Positions 27,414 to 36,979 of a DNA stretch of 64,000 bases are shown here, piece after piece. The stretch is taken from NCBI GenBank assembly GCA_964558715.1, contig CAZLFD010000004.1:1257-65256 (forward strand). The letters run 5' to 3'. A model generated the notes under the pieces. The model was given only the letters and a program-made list of their open reading frames with translations. It ran no database searches and was not told the origin of the DNA. The first letter of the stretch is position 1, and every line of letters begins with the position of its first letter. A program made the translations under genes and the position numbers. The stretch is from an uncultured Candidatus Peribacteria bacterium (GTDB lineage Bacteria; Patescibacteriota; Gracilibacteria; CAIRYL01; GCA-016699755).

Positions 27414-29852
27414 ATGAAGCATGTTCTCGTTCTCGACATCGAAGCCACCGGGTTAGACGCGGAATCATCCGGACTGCTAGAGCTTTCTGCCGTACGCCTT
27501 TCGGCCGACTTTAAAAAAGAAACGGCAGTCTTCGACGAACTTGTGAATCCCAAGCAAGAGATTCCTCCGTTTATCGAGCGGTTGACAGGAATCAGCAACG
27601 AGATGGTCGAAGACGCAGCTTCTCTGGAAGAAATCCGTGATAAATTCCATAAATTTCTAAAACCCGGCGATATTATTTGCGGGCACAATATTATGTTCGA
27701 CGTAAACTTTCTATTGAGTAAAGATTTTAAGGTTCCCAACAACACGCTCGATACTTTTTCGCTCGCGCAGATCATCTTGCCAGATGAAGCGAGCTACTCG
27801 CTTGAGGTGCTTACAGAGAAGTATGAGATCGAACACAAAAACGCACACCGCGCGCTGGCTGATGTCGAGGCAAATGCTGAATTATTGCGGATCCTTGTTG
27901 ATGAAGTCCAAAAGTTCGATGCAGAATTGCTAGAAAAATTCTCAGAAATCCTCCAGAAGTCTGATTGGATCGGTAGCCAACTTATCCGCCAGGCGATTGA
28001 AGAACAGAAAAAACCAAAGAAGAAAGCGGCAAGCAATGCACAGCTGACAATCTTCGATTTCGAAGATACTACTGGGCCGGTACCGGTAATTCCTATAGCC
28101 GAAATTGAAAATATTTCTCGCGAATTAACAGCCGTGGAGAACTCCGCTGCTCAGCAGATTGAAAACGAGATGCGGCAAGGCGGAGAAATACTTTTCTCTT
28201 TGCCGATGGACACCTCGCAGATTCTCGTTGCAAACGCGGCTGCGAAACAATTCCATACGCGTCGCAATGAGTCGGTGGCAGTTGCGATGCCAAAGATTTA
28301 CGGGCACACAACTCCACCAGGGCTCTTTCGCTATACTTCACCCGGTGGAATTATTTGTGAGACCGAATTCCGCAATTGGCTCGAGAAAAAATCCACACTC
28401 GATGAATCAGATACTATTGTCGCCCTCAAATTCGAGCGCGAGAAATTTTATGGAAATTCGCTTGCTGTGCAAGATTTCCCCGCAGTCTATGCCGAACGTC
28501 AGATTGTAAAAACCTGGCTCAGCGAAGATCACACCCGCTGTAAAAGTGATTGCCCGGCAAAGAAAGTATATCTCGAAGCACCTAGTAAAAAACTCTTTTT
28601 CTGTGATTATTCCGATATCGCCAATTGTCCCGCGCAACATGTGATTTTGCTCAAGAGCGACTCTCTCATCAAACACGTCGATTCGTTTTCACGCGAGCGT
28701 TTTTTTGTAAATCAACTAGAAAAATTTCTCGAAAAAAATGCAGATACCCATGCCAATTTTGTCGATGGTGCACTCTTCGGCATTGGCCTGCTTAAGCGCT
28801 TTGTACGAGAACAAGTCGGTGAAAGCCCCTATCGTAAGAATCTGGTTTTCGACGAATCTATCATTGCCACGCCAGATATCACCAATCTGGCAGAAGGTTT
28901 TCGTGTTGCCAGCGCAGAAGTGCAAAAACTCTTTCCTGACCAGCGTGAAGCAGCAGAGAATTTTGCAGCTCTCGCCGAGCTTGTCTCGGCACCTGTCACC
29001 GAAAACGAATGCCGCTTTGCTACCATTGCCGAAGATGATGAACTGACCTTCACCAAAGCGCCACAGTCGTTGCAAGACAAGCTTGAAGTGATGCTGGCAA
29101 ATAAGGAAGCCCGAGCCTTTGTTGGAAATGTATTTTTGAAAAAAGGTGGTCGCTGTGTTTTTGGTTCCGATTTAGCAGCGCCAGAGCGCCAGTTCATCAT
29201 AAATTCTGACTTTGATTTCGCCAAAAACTCACTCGTGCTGGTGCCAGAATCAGGGGGAAACACCAAATCTGCCGATCACCAGACTACAGTCGATTTTATG
29301 CGACAGTTACTGCCAAAGTGCCCGGGCAATCTATTGGCTCTATTCCCTAATTCGGCTTTTGGCGAAAAATTCATCACCGATATCAGTGCAACAGCAGAGG
29401 AAAATGGCTTTTCCTTGCTCTCTGCTTCTGGTGGTTCTACCGGAAAACTGCGTGCCCAATTGGCGCGCTCTGAAAAGACGATTCTCGTAGCTAGTGCCAG
29501 TAACATCAAACGCATCGATTTTCGCACAGTCAGTTTTGCAGGCTGTGTGCAACATCGTCTCTTTTTCGACCCACCGCCAGACCCAGCAACAGCAGCACAA
29601 AATGCAGGTGTCTCTGACGAATTTTTAGAATACGCCCTGCCACGCGCTGTGCAGCGTTTTTCACGGATTTTTGGTAACTTGTTAGCAGGTAAAAAACCGT
29701 TTTTTTGGACGAACCTTGATGCCCATTTTCAGCGCAAAGGCGGCTTTGCCGATGAGTTTTTGCGTGCTTTACCGAGTTCGGTCCCGATTGTGCAAAAATC
29801 GGTAAATGAGATGAATGATGACATTCTGCTATTTTTGCGAGAGCATGAGTAA
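27414..29852 (+). CDS. DnaQ-type 3'-5' exonuclease fused to a DinG-like helicase module with degenerate ATPase motifs
   Basis: Exo motifs 'VLDIEATGLD', 'GHNIMFDVNFL', 'HRALADVEA'. The C-terminal ~600 aa follow the DinG layout ('LVASASNIKRIDF...LFFDPPPDP'). No GxGK[ST] Walker A and no DEAH box are visible ('SLPMDTSQILV', 'LLKSDSLIKH' at the expected places). Confidence 0.65.
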   Translation: MKHVLVLDIEATGLDAESSGLLELSAVRLSADFKKETAVFDELVNPKQEIPPFIERLTGISNEMVEDAASLEEIRDKFHKFLKPGDIICGHNIMFDVNFLLSKDFKVPNNTLDTFSLAQIILPDEASYSLEVLTEKYEIEHKNAHRALADVEANAELLRILVDEVQKFDAELLEKFSEILQKSDWIGSQLIRQAIEEQKKPKKKAASNAQLTIFDFEDTTGPVPVIPIAEIENISRELTAVENSAAQQIENEMRQGGEILFSLPMDTSQILVANAAAKQFHTRRNESVAVAMPKIYGHTTPPGLFRYTSPGGIICETEFRNWLEKKSTLDESDTIVALKFEREKFYGNSLAVQDFPAVYAERQIVKTWLSEDHTRCKSDCPAKKVYLEAPSKKLFFCDYSDIANCPAQHVILLKSDSLIKHVDSFSRERFFVNQLEKFLEKNADTHANFVDGALFGIGLLKRFVREQVGESPYRKNLVFDESIIATPDITNLAEGFRVASAEVQKLFPDQREAAENFAALAELVSAPVTENECRFATIAEDDELTFTKAPQSLQDKLEVMLANKEARAFVGNVFLKKGGRCVFGSDLAAPERQFIINSDFDFAKNSLVLVPESGGNTKSADHQTTVDFMRQLLPKCPGNLLALFPNSAFGEKFITDISATAEENGFSLLSASGGSTGKLRAQLARSEKTILVASASNIKRIDFRTVSFAGCVQHRLFFDPPPDPATAAQNAGVSDEFLEYALPRAVQRFSRIFGNLLAGKKPFFWTNLDAHFQRKGGFADEFLRALPSSVPIVQKSVNEMNDDILLFLREHE

Positions 29853-30429
29853 TCCCCTACATGTAGGCATTCTCGCGAGTACGAATGGCACGATCCTTCC
29901 GGCGATTCTCGAAAGCGAATTGCCCGATGTCATTTTTTCTGTTCTCGTCACAAATAGAGCGGGATGTGGCGCACAACAAAAAGCGGCCGCCGCCGCAATA
30001 CCTACAATCGCTATCGAATCGAGCGGAAAATCGCGAGAAGAGTGGGATGCAGCTTGCGTCAACGTGCTGCACAAATACCAGGTTGATCTGGTTATCCTTG
30101 TCGGGTTTATGCAGATTTTATCAGGAGAGTTTATCCGTACTTTTCCCGGTAGAATTTTGAATGTGCATCCCTCGCTCCTCCCCAAATTCGCCGGTGGAAT
30201 GAACTTAGATGTTCACGCGGCCGTGCTCGAAGCGGGTGAAAAAAAGACCGGCGCGACGATTCATCTTGTCACGGAAGATCTAGATGCTGGCCCGATTGTA
30301 CTGCAGCAAGGCATTCCCATACGACCGGATGATACCGTGGAATCGATAAAATCGCGCGTGCAGCAATTGGAGGGCCGGCTTTATCCGCAGGCGATTGAAA
30401 TGATGCAACAGCGGCTGCAATCCCATTGA
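29845..30429 (+). CDS. purN: Phosphoribosylglycinamide formyltransferase
   Basis: 'GILASTNGT', 'LVGFMQILS', 'ILNVHPSLLPKFAG', 'GATIHLVTEDLDAGPI'. The ORF opens at 29815; the ATG at 29845 ('MSNPLHVGIL') is more typical. Confidence 0.85.
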   Translation: MSNPLHVGILASTNGTILPAILESELPDVIFSVLVTNRAGCGAQQKAAAAAIPTIAIESSGKSREEWDAACVNVLHKYQVDLVILVGFMQILSGEFIRTFPGRILNVHPSLLPKFAGGMNLDVHAAVLEAGEKKTGATIHLVTEDLDAGPIVLQQGIPIRPDDTVESIKSRVQQLEGRLYPQAIEMMQQRLQSH

Positions 30430-30449
30430 GAAATGGTTACAATCGCAAT

Positions 30450-32486
30450 ATGAAGATTCCGCTTAAAACTCCACTTGATAGAAAAGTACTGGCGACGACT
30501 GATGAGCGCATCAAACTGCTCCGCGAAATCGGTATTATCACAGTGGGGGATTTGTTGATGTATTTTCCACGGACGCACGAAGACCTGAGCGCGCCGACGA
30601 ATTTGGCAGAATTACGGGCAGACGAGAAGAATCTGCTGCGAGGAAAGTTTATCCGTGTTTGGAAAGAAACGACCGCAAACCGCAAAATATTAGTAAAAGC
30701 CATGTTCGAAGAGCAGCAAGGCGGGCTAGTGGAATGTGTCTGGTTTAATAATCCCACAATTGAAAAAAGGATTCCGCTTAAGCGAGACGTACTGATTACT
30801 GCGCGTGCTAAGCTTGCTTTTGGCAAGCTTAGCCTGCAATCACCCGAGTTTGAACTGGCAGGCGAGGGTGTGCACCTTGGTCGTATTGCCCCTGTGTATC
30901 GCGAGCACGGAGCCTTGAAATCGACCTGGTTCCGGCAAAAGATCTATGAACTCATCGAACATACCGAAAAAATACCCGAGATGCTCCCCGAGAACATTCG
31001 CACTGCGCAGCAGTTGGTGCCTCGAGACCAGGCAATCAAAGAGATTCATTTTCCGACCGATCAAGCGGTACTCGAAGCCGGTAAACGTACGATTGCTTTT
31101 GAAGAGATATTTCTCATCCAACTAGTCGGTTTACGGCGCAAGCAAAAGTGGCAGGCCGAGAGCGGTGGGAATGCCTTGCAGATTCCGCTGAATGCAGCAC
31201 TCATGAAAGATTTTTTTACGACGCTGCCGTTTACTCCGACCGATTCGCAGAAAATCGCTATTTTCGAGATATTGAAAGATTTTGAAGAGCCGCACGCGAT
31301 GCTGCGCCTGCTTGAAGGTGATGTGGGTTCAGGAAAGACGCTTGTCGCGGTTGCGGCGGCGATTCCGGTACTAAAGGCTAGCGCGCAGGTAGCTGTTATT
31401 GCCCCAACCGAAATCCTTGCTCAGCAGCACGCAAGAGGGATTCAAAAGCTGATGGAGACCTATGACTCCAGTATCCGAGTCGAGCTCCTGACCGGTTCGA
31501 TAAAAGGCAAACCTCGTGAAGAAATTTTGACGGCAACACGACAGGGGAAGGTGCATATTCTTGTTGGAACGCACGCTTTGCTTGAAGAAAATGTGATTTT
31601 TCATCGCCTGGGGTTTGTGGTAATCGATGAACAACATCGGTTTGGCGTGAACCAGCGTGAACGATTGATCGAAAAAGGTGCTCCGCATGTATTGCAGATG
31701 ACGGCAACACCGATTCCACGCACCTTGGCGATTGTCGCTTTTGGCGATCAAGATCTTTCGGTACTGCTCGAGATGCCGCCCGGGCGCAAAGAAATCATTA
31801 CAAAAGTCGTTCCACCGAGCGGTCGCCAACAGATCGAGCGTTTTATCGAAAGCGAAGTCGCCAAAGGGCGCCAAGCCTTTGTTATCTGCCCTTTGGTAGA
31901 AGAATCGGAAAAGCTCGAAGTAAAGGCCGCGACTGATGAGTTTAGCAGGCTTGAAACCGTATTCCCCAAACTCAAGCTTGGTCTGGTTCATGGTCGCATG
32001 AAGCCAAAAGAGAAAGATAAGATGATGCGCCGTTTTCAGGAAAAAGAGATCGATGTACTTGTTTCTACGGCGGTAGTCGAGGTTGGAGTCGATATTCCCA
32101 ATGCGACGATAATGCTGATCGAAGGCGCAGAACGTTTTGGTCTGGCGCAGCTTCATCAGTTCCGCGGGCGAGTGGGGAGGGGAGGGAACCAATCATATTG
32201 CTTCCTTTTTCCGACCGAACGGGTGACCGACCGACTCAAGGCGATGGAAAACGAATCGTGCGGATTTCGCTTGGCAGAAGTTGATTTGCACTTGCGGGGC
32301 CCGGGGCAGATGTATGGCCTGCGCCAGTCGGGTATACCTGATTTACGTCTCGGCGATATTTTTGACCCACGCACCGTTTCTGCGGCACGTAAAGCGGCAG
32401 AAGAGTTTTTGGAGCAGGAAGATATCACCAAATTTCCGTTGCTCGCAAAAGAGCTGCAAAAATTTGAGGACGGCGCCAACGTCTAG
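30450..32486 (+). CDS. recG: ATP-dependent DNA helicase RecG
   Basis: Wedge domain, 'GDVGSGKT', 'DEQHRFG', 'TATPIPRT', 'QLHQFRGRVGRG'. The ORF opens at a TTG at 30426; ATG 30450 is preferred. Confidence 0.9.
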   Translation: MKIPLKTPLDRKVLATTDERIKLLREIGIITVGDLLMYFPRTHEDLSAPTNLAELRADEKNLLRGKFIRVWKETTANRKILVKAMFEEQQGGLVECVWFNNPTIEKRIPLKRDVLITARAKLAFGKLSLQSPEFELAGEGVHLGRIAPVYREHGALKSTWFRQKIYELIEHTEKIPEMLPENIRTAQQLVPRDQAIKEIHFPTDQAVLEAGKRTIAFEEIFLIQLVGLRRKQKWQAESGGNALQIPLNAALMKDFFTTLPFTPTDSQKIAIFEILKDFEEPHAMLRLLEGDVGSGKTLVAVAAAIPVLKASAQVAVIAPTEILAQQHARGIQKLMETYDSSIRVELLTGSIKGKPREEILTATRQGKVHILVGTHALLEENVIFHRLGFVVIDEQHRFGVNQRERLIEKGAPHVLQMTATPIPRTLAIVAFGDQDLSVLLEMPPGRKEIITKVVPPSGRQQIERFIESEVAKGRQAFVICPLVEESEKLEVKAATDEFSRLETVFPKLKLGLVHGRMKPKEKDKMMRRFQEKEIDVLVSTAVVEVGVDIPNATIMLIEGAERFGLAQLHQFRGRVGRGGNQSYCFLFPTERVTDRLKAMENESCGFRLAEVDLHLRGPGQMYGLRQSGIPDLRLGDIFDPRTVSAARKAAEEFLEQEDITKFPLLAKELQKFEDGANV

Positions 32487-32584
32487 AGGGGCGGATTAGC
32501 CACTACTTTTAAGATATATTTGTCAGATATAATCGCTAAATCTTATGTATGGGAGCCATTAATCTCTAGATTCCTATTTTTTGC

Positions 32585-32612
32585 TTGCAATACTTTTGGA
32601 AATATTTAAAAT
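32585..32612 (+). promoter_or_regulatory. Candidate sigma70-type promoter (TTGCAA-16 nt-TAAAAT)
   Basis: Hexamers at 32585-32590 and 32607-32612 in an AT-rich spacer, about 35 nt upstream of the 142-aa ORF. Confidence 0.3.
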
Positions 32613-32647
32613 GCTTGCCAATTTCATAATATTAATTTCCAATTACA

Positions 32648-33076
32648 ATGCTCAAAGCACGAGACGATTCCGCGGCGGGATTTGAATTACCAGATAAATA
32701 TGCGGTGGAGCCATCACCATCAACAGCTGATGGGAATCAATTCAACCCCTTATGGCATGATAGCTATGTCACAAATGAATATTTAGAATGGCAACTCGGC
32801 TTACCAATTGATGTTGATCCAGTTATTACATCTGGAAGATTGTTTGACAACACAAAGAGACCAGCTAATCTTGATACGACATTAGAAGAACAGGCTTTTG
32901 AAAGATATGTCGAAAAACTATGTGCTATGAGTGCTGCTGAGCTTCGAAATATAGCATTGAACGGTGAAGTGAATCTAACCGCGATTCTGATAGGTGCGAT
33001 TAGCAGAAGGCGAAAGCACTTTCTTGAAATCACCAGCGCACGTGATAATCTTAATACAAGACAAAATTCGATTTAA
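32648..33076 (+). CDS. Hypothetical protein (orphan)
   Basis: 142-aa ORF flanked by AT-rich spacers. No motif recognised. Confidence 0.45.
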   Translation: MLKARDDSAAGFELPDKYAVEPSPSTADGNQFNPLWHDSYVTNEYLEWQLGLPIDVDPVITSGRLFDNTKRPANLDTTLEEQAFERYVEKLCAMSAAELRNIALNGEVNLTAILIGAISRRRKHFLEITSARDNLNTRQNSI

Positions 33077-33079
33077 CTA

Positions 33080-33099
33080 TGCACAATAAAAATTGTGCA
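33080..33099. terminator. Short AT-rich hairpin between convergent genes
   Basis: TGCACAAT-aaaa-ATTGTGCA (8-bp perfect stem), followed by AAGTTTTAAAA. Confidence 0.35.
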
Positions 33100-33141
33100 A
33101 AGTTTTAAAACGCTCTCTGAAGATAGTTATGTTTTCTTTCC

Positions 33142-34209
33142 TTAATATCCCATTCGCTCAAGCTCTTGTTTTTCTTTTGTCGCTTCAGGATTCGTCGGGC
33201 TAATGCTTAAAATCTTTTCAAAGGCTTGTTTGGCGCCAGAAAAGTTTCGTACAGCTAAATAACTATCTGCCAAGAAAAATTGATACTCCACGTTGCGCGG
33301 TGATAAACGAATGGCTTTTTCGAAGGCGGCGATAGCTTTGGGTATATCACCGGAGAAAAAGAGCGATTGGCCCAGATTGGCGTGGCGCTCTGGATTTTTT
33401 GAATCGATTTCGGTGGCTAGTTGAAACGCCGCGACAGAATCTTCAATCCGCATCGGGTCTTTTTGCTCGAGAATCGCTAATGCAAAGTTGGTGAGCAGTG
33501 AGGCGTCGCGTGGCTTGGTTTGAATGGCTTTGCGGTAGAGGCTTTCAGCCTTGCGGAACTCACCAGATTGCAAGTAGACAAAGGCGAGATGAGTGCTAGC
33601 ATCAAAATGGTCTTCCTGCCATGAGAGGATGCGAATCAGGATTTTTTTTGCTTCATTAAAGTCTTTGCGGGCGATTAGCGCGTCGACACGACGCAGAAGC
33701 GTAATGATTGATTGCGGGGTTATATCGTCAATCTGGGTATCGCTTGTTGCTTCGTAGGCTTCTTCTCGTATTTGTTCTTCCTCTGCTTCTTCCCTTGATG
33801 AATCTTCTGTGCCTGCACTCTCTTCTATATCTTCGCTTCTTGTATCTTCTATAATCTCATCATCTTGCATTGGATTATCAACCACAAACGGGTAGATTTC
33901 TTCTTCATGGCGTAGTTCTGCTTCGATTGACGCGATGTCTTGCTTTGTATCTTGTTCCTTTTTTTCACCGAAATAACGAGAAAAAAGCACATGCTCTTTC
34001 AGGGATTTTGTCGAACCAAAGAATGTGGCGGCTGCATCTGCCTCGGCGAGCGGCTCTTTGCGGGTAAACCATTTTTTGCGAAGTTCAGCCCACTGAGCGC
34101 GCCGCTTGATCCCCCAACGGATAATGCGATATCCAACTACTCCTGCAATCCCTGCAAGTGAGAGGTAAAAGAAGCCGAGTGAAAGAACTAGTATTACGTC
34201 CATAATCAA
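33142..34209 (-). CDS. Membrane-anchored TPR-repeat protein
   Basis: N-terminal TM 'VILVLSLGFFYLSLAGIAGVVGY', an acidic linker, then several TPR-like units ('AESLYRKAIQTKPRDASLLTNFA', 'AIAAFEKAIRLSPRNVEYQFFLADSY', 'AKQAFEKILSISPTNPEA'). Confidence 0.65.
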   Translation of the reverse strand: MIMDVILVLSLGFFYLSLAGIAGVVGYRIIRWGIKRRAQWAELRKKWFTRKEPLAEADAAATFFGSTKSLKEHVLFSRYFGEKKEQDTKQDIASIEAELRHEEEIYPFVVDNPMQDDEIIEDTRSEDIEESAGTEDSSREEAEEEQIREEAYEATSDTQIDDITPQSIITLLRRVDALIARKDFNEAKKILIRILSWQEDHFDASTHLAFVYLQSGEFRKAESLYRKAIQTKPRDASLLTNFALAILEQKDPMRIEDSVAAFQLATEIDSKNPERHANLGQSLFFSGDIPKAIAAFEKAIRLSPRNVEYQFFLADSYLAVRNFSGAKQAFEKILSISPTNPEATKEKQELERMGY

Positions 34210-34257
34210 TGTGTAATCAAGTGAGATAATCCCCCATTTTCAAAAAAATGTCCAGCC

Positions 34258-35274
34258 TTATGGCAAAGAAAACAGCAGGTGCTCCATGAGCAGTTTTCGA
34301 TTTGCATTTGCCGCCAGGCCGCGCCGTGTACTTTCTGTTTCGGCAAGAATTTGTAGAACGGTTGTGATGTGGATTTTCTGAGCAATATCTAGTTCTTTTT
34401 TCATCACCTTTTCCACAAGAATACTACGCAGAAAGCGAGTGAGGTTTTGTAAAAAAATAAGACAGTTTTCCGCCTGATCGGCTTCGGCAAGTTCGGCTGC
34501 CAATGCGCTTTTCTGGCTTCCGGGTGCAAAGAAGGCGCGAGAGATACGTTGAAACCACTCGCGTTCATCATCATAGAATTCGGGATCGGCCAAAAAGTGG
34601 TGGATGATTTCGCTCCGGCCTTGGGCTATTGTAAGCATTTCTTGCTGCTCGGCTGATTCGACACCTTGTAAATCAAGAAATTCCGCCAGCCTTTTACGCG
34701 GCACAAGCCCGAATCGAAGAATCTGGCAACGCGAAACAATCGTCTCTGACAAGTTCTGCTCATGAGTCACAGTAAGTACAAAAATCGTCTGCGGAGGTGG
34801 TTCTTCAAGTGTTTTCAAGAGAGCATTTGCTGCCTCACTGGTCATCCGATCAGCATTTCGGATAATCCCGACCTTCCATTTTGCAGAGCTAGAATTGCAG
34901 AACGGCCTCAGAAAACTATGGATATCACGCACGCCAATCGTATTCGAACGTCGCGGTGATTCGCCATCGACTCCGGTACGGTGCTTCTGCTCAAAATTTG
35001 AAGTGAGTGAAATGATGTCCCAATCTTCAAGTTTACCGGCTTGCCATAAATCGCCGAGAAGAATCACGTCAGGGCTGATATTCTTGTCGATCTCTCGCTG
35101 CATCGAGATATCACTTTGATTGAGAAGCTTAGCAAAATCCTTCGCGATTCGAAATTTGCTAATATCGCGAGGGCCTACAAAAAGAAAGGCGTTGGGTAAT
35201 ATGTCTCGCGTCGCCATCTTCTCGAGAAAAGCACAGTTTGCATCGTGGCCGAGGATTTTTGAATGCCATTTCAT
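34258..35274 (-). CDS. holB: DNA polymerase III delta' subunit
   Basis: Clamp-loader AAA+ layout with a degenerate P-loop ('NAFLFVGPRDISKF'), 'ANALLKTLEEPP' and 'TIVSRCQ'. Confidence 0.75.
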   Translation of the reverse strand: MKWHSKILGHDANCAFLEKMATRDILPNAFLFVGPRDISKFRIAKDFAKLLNQSDISMQREIDKNISPDVILLGDLWQAGKLEDWDIISLTSNFEQKHRTGVDGESPRRSNTIGVRDIHSFLRPFCNSSSAKWKVGIIRNADRMTSEAANALLKTLEEPPPQTIFVLTVTHEQNLSETIVSRCQILRFGLVPRKRLAEFLDLQGVESAEQQEMLTIAQGRSEIIHHFLADPEFYDDEREWFQRISRAFFAPGSQKSALAAELAEADQAENCLIFLQNLTRFLRSILVEKVMKKELDIAQKIHITTVLQILAETESTRRGLAANANRKLLMEHLLFSLP

Positions 35275-35303
35275 TGCGCAACCAGTATGCGATTTTTATC
35301 GGG

Positions 35304-36326
35304 CTATTGCAAAAGTAAGGGCAGTATATTGCTTGCCGATTTGCGTTCAACAGTGCGGATCTGCTGAAAATCTCTGGTAGATTTTTTTTGAATCACAATA
35401 CATGAGGAGGCTATTTTTTTTGTGGATGCGGTTTCTGCAATGATATGATCCGATAAACCTCGGTCCTCGAAAAATGAACGAATCTTCGGAGCAGCTGAGA
35501 GTGCCAAAAAAGGCGTATTTTCAAGTAGCGCGAGCAAATTGCCGTGCAGACGTGAAGATATGACCAGGCGGCTATTTGAAATCTCTTTTCGCAGCGTGCC
35601 AATATCACCTAACATAACGATTGGAACACCGCTTTTATGAGCAAAATTTGTATCCAATGAATCCATTACAGCACACCTGATTGGTTTTGGCAGAGCTTTT
35701 TCTTTGCATAATTTTTTTATTCTTTTGCTACTCATCTTTCCATCACCACGAATCATCAAAAGAGTACCTTTTTTACTTTTTGGTGCCGATAACTTGCGCA
35801 ATAGAAATACCGCATCGGTGGCAATTATAATGCGCTCGTTTGGAATACCTAGTTTTACCAACATTTTTTGTGATGCCTGGTCGCGCACCGAAATAAATCG
35901 TGCACCAAGAAAGGCCTTTCGCGCATGTTTTCGTGCCGATTCTGTAACGAGTGGGCCGACTGAATTGGCAATGATGATATATTTTTTTTGAAACCTTCGT
36001 GCCCACCAAACGTAATATGACCACAAGAGTGGTGCTTTTGCTTCTCGGTCTTGAAATAAGCCTCCTCCACCGTAAATGACGAGATCGGTAGCTCGCAACG
36101 CAAGAAGAAAGCGGAAAAAACTCGTCAATTTTAAAAATGAACGGAGGCCGAACGGAGGCCGAGGAACCGACGCTACACTGTGTTCTTGCATAGTGAACCG
36201 GGGATTTGCAGAAACGACGGTGGTTTCAAAATCCGTCTTTTTAAGAGCGCTGATCAGACCTGCACAGATAGCTTCATCACCCCAGTTAATGCCTCCGTAG
36301 TTGCCGAATAGTAGGAGCTTCTTCAT
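35304..36326 (-). CDS. csaB: Polysaccharide pyruvyl transferase (CsaB-like)
   Basis: 'LLLFGNYGGINWGDEAI' N-terminal motif and 'SSRLHGNLLALLENTPFLALSAAPKIRSFF' C-terminal motif, typical of CsaB-family enzymes. Confidence 0.65.
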   Translation of the reverse strand: MKKLLLFGNYGGINWGDEAICAGLISALKKTDFETTVVSANPRFTMQEHSVASVPRPPFGLRSFLKLTSFFRFLLALRATDLVIYGGGGLFQDREAKAPLLWSYYVWWARRFQKKYIIIANSVGPLVTESARKHARKAFLGARFISVRDQASQKMLVKLGIPNERIIIATDAVFLLRKLSAPKSKKGTLLMIRGDGKMSSKRIKKLCKEKALPKPIRCAVMDSLDTNFAHKSGVPIVMLGDIGTLRKEISNSRLVISSRLHGNLLALLENTPFLALSAAPKIRSFFEDRGLSDHIIAETASTKKIASSCIVIQKKSTRDFQQIRTVERKSASNILPLLLQ

Positions 36327-36393
36327 AGCTTCATGGTATCAAAAAAGTGCCTCCAACGAGTCACTTTCTCTATTCATCAAATAACTAAACAGC

Positions 36394-36966
36394 CTATTCC
36401 TTTTTCTCTTCTGGTTCTTCGGCAGGAGCCTCTTCATTTTTTACCTCTTCTTTCAGTGCTTCCGGAGCCTCTTCAACTTCAGGGGCAACTTCTGCTTCCG
36501 GCGTAGACTCTGCTTCCGAGGTAGCAGTGGCATCTTCCTCCTTTTGATGCTCAACTGCTTCCGCGACTTCCTCTTCAGTAATCTCGTGCGGTTGCATCGA
36601 TTTTAACTCTTCTTCAGTAAAGAAGCGCTCTTTGAGACGTGCTGCTTTTCCGCGGAGATTACGCATAAAATAAAGCTTACCGCGGCGGACTTTTGCCTCC
36701 TTAACGAGTTCGATTTTTTCGACCAGTGGTGAGTGCACCGGAAAGACCTGTTCTACACCGATTCCGCCAACGATTTTACGGACCGTGATGGTAGCAGAAA
36801 GACTCCCCTGATTACGTACCTGGATAACCAGACCATCAAAAATCTGTACACGTTCTTTATCACCTTCGCGGATTTTACGATGTACACGTACGGTTTGCCC
36901 CGCGCGAAACTCGGCACCCACCTTTTTCTTGTTCTCCTGGCGGAGGTCTTCGATTCTAACAGTCAT
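36394..36966 (-). CDS. rplS: 50S ribosomal protein L19 with ~70-aa acidic C-terminal extension
   Basis: '[33 protein letters not shown]...[29 protein letters not shown]', followed by a Glu/Ala/Pro-rich tail. Confidence 0.9.
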   Translation of the reverse strand: MTVRIEDLRQENKKKVGAEFRAGQTVRVHRKIREGDKERVQIFDGLVIQVRNQGSLSATITVRKIVGGIGVEQVFPVHSPLVEKIELVKEAKVRRGKLYFMRNLRGKAARLKERFFTEEELKSMQPHEITEEEVAEAVEHQKEEDATATSEAESTPEAEVAPEVEEAPEALKEEVKNEEAPAEEPEEKKE

Positions 36967-36979
36967 AAAAGTAGATAAA

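Noticed and set aside
27227-27775. 182-aa minus-strand ORF overlapping the start of the DnaQ-DinG-like gene
   Set aside because: It is antisense to a gene with clear exonuclease motifs, has low-complexity Ser/Ile-rich composition and carries no motif. It is a shadow ORF.
31371-32192. 273-aa minus-strand ORF inside recG
   Set aside because: It lies entirely antisense to the conserved RecG helicase core (DEQH, TATPIPRT) and has no independent signals.
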